A stretch of 64,000 nt of DNA. It comes from Aequorivita sp. (GTDB lineage: Bacteria; Bacteroidota; Bacteroidia; Flavobacteriales; Flavobacteriaceae). Position 1 is the first letter of the stretch. Every line of letters begins with the position of its first letter. The notes beneath the pieces are model-generated. The model was not told where the DNA came from. It ran no database searches and saw nothing but the letters and a program-made list of their open reading frames with translations. Below are positions 1-9,248 of this stretch, one piece after another. The position numbers and the translations under genes were made by a program. The stretch is taken from NCBI GenBank assembly GCA_024637015.1, contig JAGXGE010000032.1, positions 73,531 through 137,530 of the forward strand, given 5' to 3'.

Positions 1-2
1 TT

Positions 3-107
3 AAAGCCAAGCTTGATATGAGCGAAGTTGCAAGTGGAGTTTACCTTGTGAGAGTTGGCGGAAAAGAAACAAAATCCTTCAAAACAGGAAGAATTATTGT
101 TGAATAA
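3..107 (+). CDS. 3' end of a secreted protein with a T9SS (Por) C-terminal sorting domain (5' partial)
   Basis: Frame 3 reads KAKLDMSEVASGVYLVRVGGKETKSFKTGRIIVE then TAA at 105-107. The GVYLVRV...K...IIVE pattern at the extreme C-terminus is typical of Bacteroidota T9SS CTDs. The upstream part lies outside the window. Confidence 0.55.
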   Translation, partial: KAKLDMSEVASGVYLVRVGGKETKSFKTGRIIVE

Positions 108-126
108 TTTTAGCGTTTTTAGCTAT

Positions 127-160
127 AAAAAAGAGCGGGTTTTTCCCGCTCTTTTCTATT
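127..160. terminator. Hairpin terminator between convergent genes
   Basis: 9-bp stem aagagcggg (131-139) / cccgctctt (145-153), 5-nt loop, A-run upstream and T-rich run downstream. It lies between the stop at 107 (+) and the stop at 176 (-). Confidence 0.65.
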
Positions 161-175
161 TTCAAAATAAGATAA

Positions 176-1387
176 TTATTGTTTTTTCTGAAGCAAGGAA
201 ATATAAAACCCATCAAAACCGCTTTTACTTGGCATTATTTTTTCTTCACTTAACAATGTAAAGTTTTTTCCTTCTTCTCTAGCCAAGAAAGCTTTCACTT
301 GCATTTCGTTTTCTGAAGGAAGGATGGAACAGGTTGCATAAACCAATTGTCCACCCGGCTTTACCATTCGGGAATAGCTATCCAGCAATTCTTTTTGTGT
401 AGCGCGAATCTTATCCAGAAATTCAGGTTGCAGTTTCCACTTTGCGTCAGGGTTTCTTTTCAGAACACCCAAGCCAGAGCAGGGAGCGTCAATTAAAACC
501 TTATCAGCTTTGTCAATTAACTTTTTTATCACTTTCGTGGAATCGATAACTCGGGTTTCAATATTGAAAATATCGTTTCTTCGGGCTCTTCGTTTCAGTT
601 CGTTTAACTTGTTTTCATAGATATCCATTGCAATCAATTGGCCTTTGTTTTCCATCATTGTTGCAATATGAAGACTTTTTCCGCCAGCTCCAGCACAAGC
701 ATCAATCACCCGCATGCCAGGTTTTGCATCGAGTATTTCTGCAACCTTCTGTGAAGAAGCATCTTGCACTTCAAAAAAACCATTTTTGAACGCATCTGTG
801 GTGAAAACGTTTGCACGTTCTTTCAACTTTAAAGCATCTGGATACCCTTTTAAGATTTCGGTTTCAATCTCTAGATCAGCCAATTCATTTTGAAGATTTT
901 CAACAGTAGTTTTTAAGGTGTTTACTCGTAAAACTACATCGGCCTGCTGGTTTAAAGCAGCAATTTCCTTATCCCATTTTTTGCCCAATTCCTTATGTCC
1001 CAAATCATCCAACCAATCTGGAATGGATTCACGATACTTTCTAATTTTTGAAAGTTCGTCAAACCTTCCTTTAATTCGGCGGGTTGGCGTATCTTCAAAC
1101 TGTTTCCATTCTGGGATAGCAATTCCATTAAGCGTTGCCCAAACTGTAAATAACCTAAAAAGGTTTGGACGGTCAAATGGTTCGCGCACTTCGGCAATTT
1201 CGGAATACAGTCGTTTCCAACGAACAATATCATATGTGGTTTCAGCAATAAAACCGCGGTCGCGAGCACCCCAGCGTTTATCGCGTTTCAATGTGTTTTT
1301 CAGTACTTTGTCTGCTTGTTTATTCTCATTGAAAATTAAGTCAAGAGAATCTATTGTGGCGAATACTAAGTTTCGGTGTAGTTTCAT
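176..1387 (-). CDS. rsmB: RsmB/NOP2/Sun-family RNA (cytosine-C5) methyltransferase
   Basis: 403 aa. SAM-binding DACAGAGGK, motif IV DAPCSGLGV and motif VI YATCS catalytic cysteines. N-terminal NusB-like region. Confidence 0.8.
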   Translation of the reverse strand: MKLHRNLVFATIDSLDLIFNENKQADKVLKNTLKRDKRWGARDRGFIAETTYDIVRWKRLYSEIAEVREPFDRPNLFRLFTVWATLNGIAIPEWKQFEDTPTRRIKGRFDELSKIRKYRESIPDWLDDLGHKELGKKWDKEIAALNQQADVVLRVNTLKTTVENLQNELADLEIETEILKGYPDALKLKERANVFTTDAFKNGFFEVQDASSQKVAEILDAKPGMRVIDACAGAGGKSLHIATMMENKGQLIAMDIYENKLNELKRRARRNDIFNIETRVIDSTKVIKKLIDKADKVLIDAPCSGLGVLKRNPDAKWKLQPEFLDKIRATQKELLDSYSRMVKPGGQLVYATCSILPSENEMQVKAFLAREEGKNFTLLSEEKIMPSKSGFDGFYISLLQKKQ

Positions 1388-1406
1388 TTTCTGCGTTTTG
1401 CGGTTG

Positions 1407-1414
1407 CAAAGGTA
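1407..1414 (-). promoter_or_regulatory. Candidate Bacteroidota -7 promoter element (TACCTTTG) for the rsmB-like gene
   Basis: Plus strand caaaggta is TACCTTTG on the minus strand and matches TAnnTTTG. It lies 20 nt upstream of the ATG at 1387. Confidence 0.4.
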
Positions 1415-1430
1415 TCACAATAGCTATAAA

Positions 1431-1448
1431 TACTTTTGATTACTTTTG
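1431..1448 (+). promoter_or_regulatory. Two tandem TACTTTTG -7-like promoter elements
   Basis: TACTTTTG at 1431-1438 and 1441-1448, upstream of the ATG at 1464. Confidence 0.4.
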
Positions 1449-1463
1449 GCAAAAATAAAATCT

Positions 1464-2507
1464 ATGCGTTTTGCCCTAATCCTTCTTACTGTTTTTATGT
1501 TTATTTCCTGTGAAAATAAAACTGAAGTTGAATTCAATTCAATTAAAATAACTCCAGTTTTTATTGATAGTTTAAGCATTCGCGCCATTCAGCCTCTAGA
1601 CGAAAACAGAGTTTGGTTTGCCGCTGACAAAGGAAAAGTAGGCCTAATCGATGGTGATACGCCAAAACTTGCAGTTATAAAATATGGAGAATCGTTACTT
1701 CATTTTCGATCCATTGCTGTTAATAAAGACGCTGTATTTGTTTTAAGTATTTCAAATCCGGCTGTACTTTATAAAATTGGTTTCAACGGATCGGATGCGA
1801 CCAATATTGAAGAAGTTTATACCGAAAAGGGCGATAATGTTTTTTACGATTCCATGAAATTTTGGAACGAAAACGAAGGCATTGCCATTGGCGACCCCAT
1901 AGAGAATTGCATGTCAATAATAATAACACGCGACGGTGGAAACACTTGGGAAAAACTTTCCTGCGATAATCTCCCGAAAGTTGAAAAAGGTGAAGCCGCT
2001 TTTGCCGCGAGTAATTCAAACATAGCAATTTTTGGCGACAACGCTTGGGTTGCAACGGGTGGAAGAAAATCGAGGGTAATGCATACTTCTGACAAAGGCA
2101 AAACTTGGGAAATCTTTGATACACCAATAGTTCAAGGTAAGGCAATGACGGGAATTTTTAGTATCGACTTTTGGGATGAAAACAACGGAATTATTTTTGG
2201 TGGAAACTGGGAAGACAAACCTTTTAATGAAGGAAACAAAGCCGTAACCGCAAATGGAGGGAAAACTTGGAAACTGATATCCAATGGCAAAGAACCTGGC
2301 TACCGTTCTTCGGTAAAATATATTCCCGGAACTGAAGGTCAGGGGATTGTGGCTGTTGGCTCCCCTGGAATTTCCTTTAGTGGCGATGGTGGAAAAAACT
2401 GGAAAGAACTCTCCAAAGAAGGTTTTTTTGCTATTGAGTTTGTAAATGACAGTATTGCTTTCGCTTCGGGGAATAATAAAATTTCTAGATTGGTTTTTAG
2501 AAAATAA
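1464..2507 (+). CDS. BNR/Asp-box repeat lipoprotein (Ycf48-like beta-propeller)
   Basis: The track ORF starts at TTG 1446. ATG 1464 gives MRFALILLTVFMFISC, a lipoprotein signal with Cys. Repeated Asp-box-like motifs: DGGNTWEKL, DKGKTWEI, NGGKTWKL, DGGKNWKEL. Confidence 0.7.
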   Translation: MRFALILLTVFMFISCENKTEVEFNSIKITPVFIDSLSIRAIQPLDENRVWFAADKGKVGLIDGDTPKLAVIKYGESLLHFRSIAVNKDAVFVLSISNPAVLYKIGFNGSDATNIEEVYTEKGDNVFYDSMKFWNENEGIAIGDPIENCMSIIITRDGGNTWEKLSCDNLPKVEKGEAAFAASNSNIAIFGDNAWVATGGRKSRVMHTSDKGKTWEIFDTPIVQGKAMTGIFSIDFWDENNGIIFGGNWEDKPFNEGNKAVTANGGKTWKLISNGKEPGYRSSVKYIPGTEGQGIVAVGSPGISFSGDGGKNWKELSKEGFFAIEFVNDSIAFASGNNKISRLVFRK

Positions 2508-2558
2508 ATTTAAAAATAGTAAAAACTGTCTTGTCCTAAAAAGCCAGTCACGGATACT

Positions 2559-2590
2559 CCATAGCAAAGCCATACCAAAGCCATAGATAC
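2559..2590. repeat. Three tandem ~11-nt units (CCATAGCAAAG / CCATACCAAAG / CCATAGATAC)
   Basis: Read directly in the intergenic region between convergent genes (stops at 2507 and 2749). Confidence 0.5.
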
Positions 2591-2748
2591 TTCATTAGAT
2601 TGTAAGAAAACGGCTCTTTTTTCCTACAAAAATAATTTTGATAAAAAAGTGGAAGGTCTTAGTCCATTAAGGAAGAATTCTTAAACTTAAATAAAAACAC
2701 AAATACTATCAAAACTAAAGGCAAAAAGTTGCACTTAAGATTTTTCTA

Positions 2749-4440
2749 TTAAGCTATCTCAATGCCTTCATTCTTCGGTAATAAGACTTGTATTAAAATA
2801 GCAATTCCCATTACTAAAGCACAGCCCACTAGATTCAGCCATAAATAGGGCATAAGGTCTATATACCAAAAATAGATGATGATTACTTGCGTAATAAGCG
2901 CTGCAATAAAAACTGCTTTACTATGTACATATTTTATAAAGAAAGCCAAAAGGAAAATCCCCAGAACATTTCCATAGAAAATGGAACCTATAATGTTCAC
3001 TAACTGAATAAGATTATCAAAGAGATTTGCAGAACAAGCTACTGTTATTGCTATTATTCCCCATAAAAGGGTGAACCCACGCGAAGCTGCTACATAATGT
3101 TTTTCCCGTTTTCCAGATACGTTTCGTTTGTAAAGATCAATTGCTGTGGTACTTCCCAAAGCGTTCAGTTCAGAAGCTGTCGAAGACATTGCCGCACTTA
3201 AAATGACCGCCAAAAGCAAACCTATTAAACCTCTCGGAAGATTGGTTAAAATGAAATGGATAAAAACATAATCCTTATCATTGGTTTCCGCATTTGGATT
3301 TGCTTTTTTGATTATTGTAACAGATTGTTCGCGTAACTTATTTTCGGAAGCATTCAGTTCTTTTATTTTTTGAACATAGTTTTGTTTTTCAAGCTCGTTT
3401 TCCGATTTTGCATAATCAATTTGCGTTGCGGCAAGTTCTTTGTCTATTGCATCTTTTTTTACTTCTAAAGCCTTGTATTCCCCAGCATACACCGAACTAT
3501 TAACGTCCTTCACTGCCGCGGGATTAAAATGTAGTGGAGAAGCATTAAACTGATAAAAAACAAAAACCATTACGCCCACCAAAAGGATGAAAAACTGCAT
3601 CGGTACTTTCAGCACGCCGTTCATTATTAAACCCATTTGACTTTGTTTTACACTCCTTCCAGAGAGATAACGTTGCACTTGACTTTGGTCTGTACCAAAA
3701 TAGGAGAGGGCCAGAAAAGTACCACCAATGATACCGCTCCAAAAAGTGTAACGGTTATCAAAATCGAATGAAAAATCAAGAATGTCCATTTTTCCATTCG
3801 CACCCGCAATTTCAAGTGCTTTGCTAAAGGTAATGTCAAGTGGCAAATAATTCAGAATCAATAAAAAGGCAATCAACATTCCAAAGAAAATAACGGCCAT
3901 TTGTTGTTTTTGAGTAACACTCACAGCTTTCGTTCCACCACTTACAGTGTAAATTATTACGAGTACGCCGATAATGATATTCAAATAAATCAAGTTCCAG
4001 CCCAATACTGCCGAAAGAATAATGGAAGGCGCAAAAATGGTAATTCCGCAAGCTAGACCGCGTTGGATTAAAAAGAGAATTGCTGTGAGCGTACGTGTTT
4101 TTTTGTCGAAACGTGTTTCAAGATATTCGTAAGCAGTGAAAACTTTCAACTTATGATAAATAGGAATGAAAACCAAACAAATAACCACCATTGCAATTGG
4201 TAGTCCAAAGTAGAACTGTACAAAACCCATCCCGTCGTGAAAAGCCTGTCCCGGTGTGGAAAGAAAAGTAATTGCACTGGCCTGGGTAGCCATAACGCTT
4301 AGGCCAATCGTCCACCAATGTGCATTGCTTCCGCCTTTTAAATAATCGTCAACATCCTTTTGTTGACGAGACTTCCATGTGCCATAAAGCACTATAAATA
4401 GAAGCGTCCCAATTAAAACTATCCAATCAATCTGCTGCAT
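2749..4440 (-). CDS. Sodium:solute symporter (SSS family) with a long hydrophilic coiled-coil-like insertion
   Basis: 563 aa with many hydrophobic helices and typical SSS features (SGGTKAVSVTQ, GTDQSQVQRYL). A roughly 95-aa charged loop interrupts the TM array. Confidence 0.8.
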   Translation of the reverse strand: MQQIDWIVLIGTLLFIVLYGTWKSRQQKDVDDYLKGGSNAHWWTIGLSVMATQASAITFLSTPGQAFHDGMGFVQFYFGLPIAMVVICLVFIPIYHKLKVFTAYEYLETRFDKKTRTLTAILFLIQRGLACGITIFAPSIILSAVLGWNLIYLNIIIGVLVIIYTVSGGTKAVSVTQKQQMAVIFFGMLIAFLLILNYLPLDITFSKALEIAGANGKMDILDFSFDFDNRYTFWSGIIGGTFLALSYFGTDQSQVQRYLSGRSVKQSQMGLIMNGVLKVPMQFFILLVGVMVFVFYQFNASPLHFNPAAVKDVNSSVYAGEYKALEVKKDAIDKELAATQIDYAKSENELEKQNYVQKIKELNASENKLREQSVTIIKKANPNAETNDKDYVFIHFILTNLPRGLIGLLLAVILSAAMSSTASELNALGSTTAIDLYKRNVSGKREKHYVAASRGFTLLWGIIAITVACSANLFDNLIQLVNIIGSIFYGNVLGIFLLAFFIKYVHSKAVFIAALITQVIIIYFWYIDLMPYLWLNLVGCALVMGIAILIQVLLPKNEGIEIA

Positions 4441-4551
4441 TTAAGTGAAGTTTTGCATTAGTAAATAAAACAGATAGATGTAAACAGCATTGAGAAGAAG
4501 CACGAGCGTGTACTTCCATTTCCAGACGAATTTTTGTTTTTCTTCAGTCAT
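4441..4551 (-). CDS. 36-aa single-helix membrane micro-protein, translationally coupled to the symporter
   Basis: ATG at 4551 and TAA at 4441-4443 give MTEEKQKFVWKWKYTLVLLLNAVYIYLFYLLMQNFT. The stop abuts the symporter ATG (TAAATG). Starts 11 nt after the PIG-L gene stop. Below the ORF-track cutoff. Confidence 0.5.
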   Translation of the reverse strand: MTEEKQKFVWKWKYTLVLLLNAVYIYLFYLLMQNFT

Positions 4552-4562
4552 GTTTTTAAAAG

Positions 4563-7055
4563 TTATTTACCGATTGAAAGCATATTAGCAAACAATCTAT
4601 AAGCCCCTGGAACTCCTGCGGGAAGTTCGCGGAAAAAACTCAATCCTGTATAAATATAATATCCTTTTCCATATTTAGCTACCAATAGCGAACCTTTTGT
4701 TTCGGATTCACCTTTGTCGTGCATTCCGAGGATTGGCGTGAATTCCTTGGCCCATTCATCTGGAAAATAAAGTCCGCGTTCCTGTACCCAACCTTCAAAA
4801 TCCTTTTGGGTGATTTTATTTGGGGTGTTCAAAATCGGATTTTCTGGAGCTAGGATTTTTACTTCGGAAAATTCATCCGTTACACGATTGCGACTAAGCT
4901 TTAGGGAATAGGGAGCAAGCTTTTCAGTCACCAAACTGCGATTGGTGTTGTATTGAACAATCATCGTTCCGCCATTTTCAACATATTTATTAAGAATTGG
5001 TTGCGCAAAAGCGAGTTCGAGAACAGTGTTGTATGCACGGATTCCAACTACAATAGCATCAAAATTCTGAAGGTTTTTTTCTGAAATGTTTGAAGCTTCA
5101 ATCGTTGTTACTGAATATCCAATTTGCTTCAAGCTTTCAGGAATTGCATCACCAGCGCCGTTGATGTAGCCTATGTTTTGTCCTTTTTTCTGAATATCAA
5201 TCTTCGCAACTTTCGCCTCCGAAGGCAAAAGAACACTTTGATATGGAATGTGTTCATAATCTATCGAGACCAATTCTTTATTAAATATTTGACCTTCTGC
5301 ATTGACCATTGGCTTTAAGTAGCCTTCGCTTTGCCCGTTTGGCGGGGTTACTGTGAAATTGAAAGTTTGTGTTTCACCATTTCTAGTAAGTTGAAATAAT
5401 TGCTGTGTTGGTTCAACTTTCCAACCTTCGGGATGTTGTAGGCTCACAGTTCCTGAAATGCTGTCTTTTCCAGCACGAACAACTACTGAAACAACTTCGG
5501 AGGCATTGCTGGCAAAAATCAAGACCTTTTCAGGAATTGAAGCTGTAACCTCCGGAAGCACTTCCAGTGGGCGATACACCTCGCCTTTAACGGGATCATT
5601 AAATTTATAAATTATATTCTTAGTGAAAGGAATGGTTGTATTTTCAAATTGTAGCTCAAAAACCAATTTCTCCAACGGAGGCGTTTCTGGCAGGCCAATC
5701 AATTCTTCTGGCGCCACATACATTCCTAAAGTCCCTTTTTCATTCAACCAATAGGGCGAGGAGTAGGGCGGGTTTTGTTTTGCGGAATTAACAGTGATTA
5801 CTATCTTTTTATCATCGTTAAAAGACAATGCTTCTGATTCACTCCAAAGTATTTTTCCTTCGGAATTTTTTACAGATTTTAAAACAACATCACTTTTTCC
5901 ACGATTAATAGCTTCAATATTTACTTTGAAATTTTGGTTTGGGTTTACAGAATTTTCTTCGGATGCAGCTTCAATAAAAATCCCGCCACAGTCCAAAATG
6001 AGCTGTTGCAGTTGTTCGAGTTTTATATTTCGCCAATGTTCATCTTTTAAATTTGAAACCAAGGGATATGCTTTCAACAATTGAGGCAGCATTTCTGAAG
6101 GGTTTTTAAAATTGAAATTATCTTCGAGTGGATTCAAAATTGTGCCGATTGTGTTTCCACCCTCAAGTCGCGACCAATTTGTATTTATTCCTTCAAAAAG
6201 ATTGTTTTCAGATGGTTTTGTGCCTTCCAACAGTTCAAGGTATTCAGTTTCAGTTCCACGCGAGCCCGTGCTTCCAAAACCTTGTGATTTGTGCATACTT
6301 CGACTTAAAGAAGCTATTTCGCCATTGGAAAGGCCGAGTTCGGGAAAATAGCTTCCTGTTTCAACCGAAACGAGTCTCGATTTGTCAGCATTGTCAAATT
6401 TTTCCTTGCTTCCATAAAACCACCACGAAGTATTAAAAAACAGTCGTTGTGGTTTCCAAACGCCGTATTCTTCAGCAGATTTTGGAAATTTTGAAGCATT
6501 GCCAGCCAAATCAAAAGCTTCCACGCTTAACATTGCGGAAGCTGTGTGGTGGCCGTGAGTACTCCCGGGACTGCGATGGTCAAATCGGTCAATTATAATA
6601 TCTGGTTTGAATTTACGGATGGTTTTTACCACATCGCTCAAAACATCTTCGCGGTTCCAAAATTCAAAGGTTTCATTGGGGTTTTTACTGTAACCAAAAT
6701 CATTGGCGCGTGTAAAAAATTGTTGTGCGCCATCCGTTCTTCGTGCCGCCAAAAGTTCCTGTGTACGGATAACACCTAGAAGTTCGCGTAGTTCGGGGCC
6801 AACTAAATTCTGTCCGCCATCGCCGCGAGTAATTGAAAGATAGGCGGTATTGGCGTGAACATCATTTACCAAATAGGAAATAAGCCGCGTATTCTCGTCA
6901 TCGGGATGTGCGGCAATATAAAGCGCAGAACCAACAAAGTTGAGCTTTTGAAGAGAATGGTAAATTTCGGAAGTGGTAGGTTTTTTAGGGGTTTGTGCGG
7001 CAGCAGCTATTGTAAATAATAAAAATAGAAGTCTGTAAAAAAATGTTTTTTGCAT
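4563..7055 (-). CDS. PIG-L/LmbE-family deacetylase fused to large C-terminal domains (ThuA/GATase1-like end)
   Basis: 830 aa with a signal peptide. LmbE motifs AHPDDEN and THGHH. The C-terminal FDAIVVGIRAYN...GGTMIVQYN region resembles ThuA/class-I amidotransferase-like folds. Confidence 0.7.
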   Translation of the reverse strand: MQKTFFYRLLFLLFTIAAAAQTPKKPTTSEIYHSLQKLNFVGSALYIAAHPDDENTRLISYLVNDVHANTAYLSITRGDGGQNLVGPELRELLGVIRTQELLAARRTDGAQQFFTRANDFGYSKNPNETFEFWNREDVLSDVVKTIRKFKPDIIIDRFDHRSPGSTHGHHTASAMLSVEAFDLAGNASKFPKSAEEYGVWKPQRLFFNTSWWFYGSKEKFDNADKSRLVSVETGSYFPELGLSNGEIASLSRSMHKSQGFGSTGSRGTETEYLELLEGTKPSENNLFEGINTNWSRLEGGNTIGTILNPLEDNFNFKNPSEMLPQLLKAYPLVSNLKDEHWRNIKLEQLQQLILDCGGIFIEAASEENSVNPNQNFKVNIEAINRGKSDVVLKSVKNSEGKILWSESEALSFNDDKKIVITVNSAKQNPPYSSPYWLNEKGTLGMYVAPEELIGLPETPPLEKLVFELQFENTTIPFTKNIIYKFNDPVKGEVYRPLEVLPEVTASIPEKVLIFASNASEVVSVVVRAGKDSISGTVSLQHPEGWKVEPTQQLFQLTRNGETQTFNFTVTPPNGQSEGYLKPMVNAEGQIFNKELVSIDYEHIPYQSVLLPSEAKVAKIDIQKKGQNIGYINGAGDAIPESLKQIGYSVTTIEASNISEKNLQNFDAIVVGIRAYNTVLELAFAQPILNKYVENGGTMIVQYNTNRSLVTEKLAPYSLKLSRNRVTDEFSEVKILAPENPILNTPNKITQKDFEGWVQERGLYFPDEWAKEFTPILGMHDKGESETKGSLLVAKYGKGYYIYTGLSFFRELPAGVPGAYRLFANMLSIGK

Positions 7056-7107
7056 AAAATTGGTGCTGATTTATTCGAAACCTTTCAAAGATACTTATTT
7101 GTAAAAA

Positions 7108-7680
7108 TTAATCGTGCGGTAGGTCTTCCTTATTTTTGTCAGCTTCGTTCAGCTGTTGTTCATAAAAATCATCTGCCTTTATGATGCTTACACCTTTTTG
7201 AAGCATCATACTATTGGGGTAAGTCACGATTTCATTTTTAGTGGTATGAAGAATAATATGAAAGGTTTTAATGTCTTCAATAATACCTTCGCAGGGCATT
7301 TCTTTGTCATGGATTTTTATGTAATCGCCAATTTTGTATGGAAATGTAAAGAACATAATTACGCCACTGGTAACATTGCTTAGTATAGACCATTGTGCAA
7401 AAAAAGCGATACCAATTACGGCAAATACTGAAGACATAACTAGTCCTAGATTTCTAAAATCTACTCCCCAGATTAATATAAGTCCTAAAACAATTAAAAA
7501 GAACACTGCAAAATCTACGTGCTTCATAATTAGCCCAGTGCGATGTTCAAGCCGCTCAATTTTTTTGGCGAAATTACGAACTGTTCTTTTCAACATTAGT
7601 CTTATGACTAACAAACCCACGATCAAAACAGCAGATTCTATTAGTTGTAACGAATATTTTTGCAAATCCAAATCATTCAT
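7108..7680 (-). CDS. Small mechanosensitive ion channel (MscS family)
   Basis: 190 aa. Three N-terminal TM helices, then an MscS beta-domain pattern (FPYKIGDYIKI...GIIEDIKTFHIIL...NEIVTYPNS). Confidence 0.7.
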   Translation of the reverse strand: MNDLDLQKYSLQLIESAVLIVGLLVIRLMLKRTVRNFAKKIERLEHRTGLIMKHVDFAVFFLIVLGLILIWGVDFRNLGLVMSSVFAVIGIAFFAQWSILSNVTSGVIMFFTFPYKIGDYIKIHDKEMPCEGIIEDIKTFHIILHTTKNEIVTYPNSMMLQKGVSIIKADDFYEQQLNEADKNKEDLPHD

Positions 7681-7691
7681 AATTATAAATA

Positions 7692-8624
7692 TTAAAGGCC
7701 CAGGGAGTCCCGAAGACGCGTGAATTCGTTTCTATTTTTGTTCCAGTAAGGGCTTATCATGCGTTTCATTTTAGTTGCGGTGGTTTTCAGTCTTAATGTA
7801 TCATTTTGGTCAGCAGCATTCACTTCTTCCCACTTTTCAATCTCATAGGGAAAAGTACTATTGAAGAAGAGCATTAATTGTCGCTGCAAATCTGGATAAT
7901 TCAAAGTGTAAATAGTAATTGAATCGCCCTGTTTCAAGCTGGCGAAAGCATTGTGTTCTTTTATTTCTTTGTGCTTAAGGCGTAAATATTCAAAGGAAGG
8001 AATAATCATTACATCACCTGTGGGTAGTTCCTCTGGATTGATACGGATCAGGTTCCATAGCTCGTTTTCCAACCAGGTTTTTGGTAAAGAAAGAGTTTGG
8101 TCCGCTTCGCCTTCAAAATAGGAATGGCTCTCTATCTCAAAATTATCCCGATTATTGAGCTGCATATAAACCTGTCCGCACCACTCCTGCACACCATTGC
8201 TCACTTTTATAGGATGTCCAGTATTTGAAATGGGACTAAAAGTGCTGCTCATTATAGAATACGGATAAATACCTGTATTGAAATTTTTCATTTGGTTCAG
8301 CTTTAAAACTGAAACATTTTCCTCAGAAGCGTTGTTCGCCTTAACTTGCTCATCTGGGAGAAAATCCTCTGTTACAAAAATATTGACAGCAGTGCCTTGG
8401 CGGATTTCACCGTAGCGTTCTTGCATTAGCAAATAGGAGGTAACCTCAGCTTTTCCGTTGAACCAATAATCTTTAAATTCTTTTGAAACAGTTCTCGGAG
8501 CTGCGGTTTGGGATTCTTTTTTTTTATCTGAAATGGTGTCGGAACTGTTTTTTTCTTCCGGAGAATTACAACCGACAAGAATTAAAAAAAATAAGAAGGG
8601 GTAAAGGATTTTTAAATTGTTCAT
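7692..8624 (-). CDS. Hypothetical lipoprotein
   Basis: 310 aa. Signal peptide with lipobox LILVGC. No recognised catalytic motif. Confidence 0.6.
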   Translation of the reverse strand: MNNLKILYPFLFFLILVGCNSPEEKNSSDTISDKKKESQTAAPRTVSKEFKDYWFNGKAEVTSYLLMQERYGEIRQGTAVNIFVTEDFLPDEQVKANNASEENVSVLKLNQMKNFNTGIYPYSIMSSTFSPISNTGHPIKVSNGVQEWCGQVYMQLNNRDNFEIESHSYFEGEADQTLSLPKTWLENELWNLIRINPEELPTGDVMIIPSFEYLRLKHKEIKEHNAFASLKQGDSITIYTLNYPDLQRQLMLFFNSTFPYEIEKWEEVNAADQNDTLRLKTTATKMKRMISPYWNKNRNEFTRLRDSLGL

Positions 8625-8657
8625 TTCTGACAGAGTTTATCCAAAAATACCAAAAAT

Positions 8658-9245
8658 TCAACGGTCGGCAATCTCGCTTAACGTTTTATAAACAAGTCGA
8701 GTGGGAAGGCCCATTACATTAAAATAACATCCTTTAATTTTTTTGATGCCAATATAGCCTATCCATTCTTGTATACCGTAGCTTCCTGCTTTGTCAAAGG
8801 GTTTGTAGTTTTTTATATAGTAATCTATTTCTTCTTCGGAAAGGGTTTTGAACCAGACTTTAGTAACATCGTTCACAGTTTTTTGAAATTCCTTTGAAGT
8901 AAAGCAGACCGAAGTGATTACCTCGTGCATTTGTCCGCTTAAATCACGGAGCATTTTTTTTGCTTCTTCAAAATCTTTCGGTTTGCCGAGTGCTTTTCCG
9001 TTCAGCCAAACAATAGTGTCGCTTGTAATAAGAATGTCATTTATTTGTAACTCCGAAAAGACAGAGGTTTTAAGTTGTGAGAGATAATTAGTTATTTCCG
9101 AATGCTTTAATGTTGAAGAATATGTTTCCTCAACTTCTTTCACTTGAATTGTAAAATCCAAATCCAGTTCCTTAAAAAAAGCGTGTCTACGCGGTGAACC
9201 GGAAGCGAGGATGATGTTATGGTTTTTTAGTTTTTCGCGTAACAT
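8658..9245 (-). CDS. maf: Maf-family nucleoside triphosphate pyrophosphatase
   Basis: 195 aa. N-terminal ILASGSPRR, with the overall Maf length and pattern. Confidence 0.85.
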   Translation of the reverse strand: MLREKLKNHNIILASGSPRRHAFFKELDLDFTIQVKEVEETYSSTLKHSEITNYLSQLKTSVFSELQINDILITSDTIVWLNGKALGKPKDFEEAKKMLRDLSGQMHEVITSVCFTSKEFQKTVNDVTKVWFKTLSEEEIDYYIKNYKPFDKAGSYGIQEWIGYIGIKKIKGCYFNVMGLPTRLVYKTLSEIADR

Positions 9246-9248
9246 ATT

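Noticed and set aside
918-1439. 173-aa plus-strand ORF (and 952..1269 minus) overlapping the rsmB-like gene
   Set aside because: It is entirely antisense or out of frame to a well-supported methyltransferase gene. The composition is Ser/Phe-rich, typical of shadow ORFs, and there are no start-context signals.
2016-2573. 185-aa minus-strand ORF antisense to the BNR-repeat lipoprotein gene
   Set aside because: It is a shadow ORF on the opposite strand of a gene with clear Asp-box repeats, and the sequence looks low-complexity and unstructured.
2559-2590. Three tandem 11-nt units CCATA(G/C)CAAAG in the gap between convergent genes
   Set aside because: The repeat is real but only about 32 nt with three imperfect copies. 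That is too short to call a CRISPR array, a minisatellite of significance or a binding array without comparative data.
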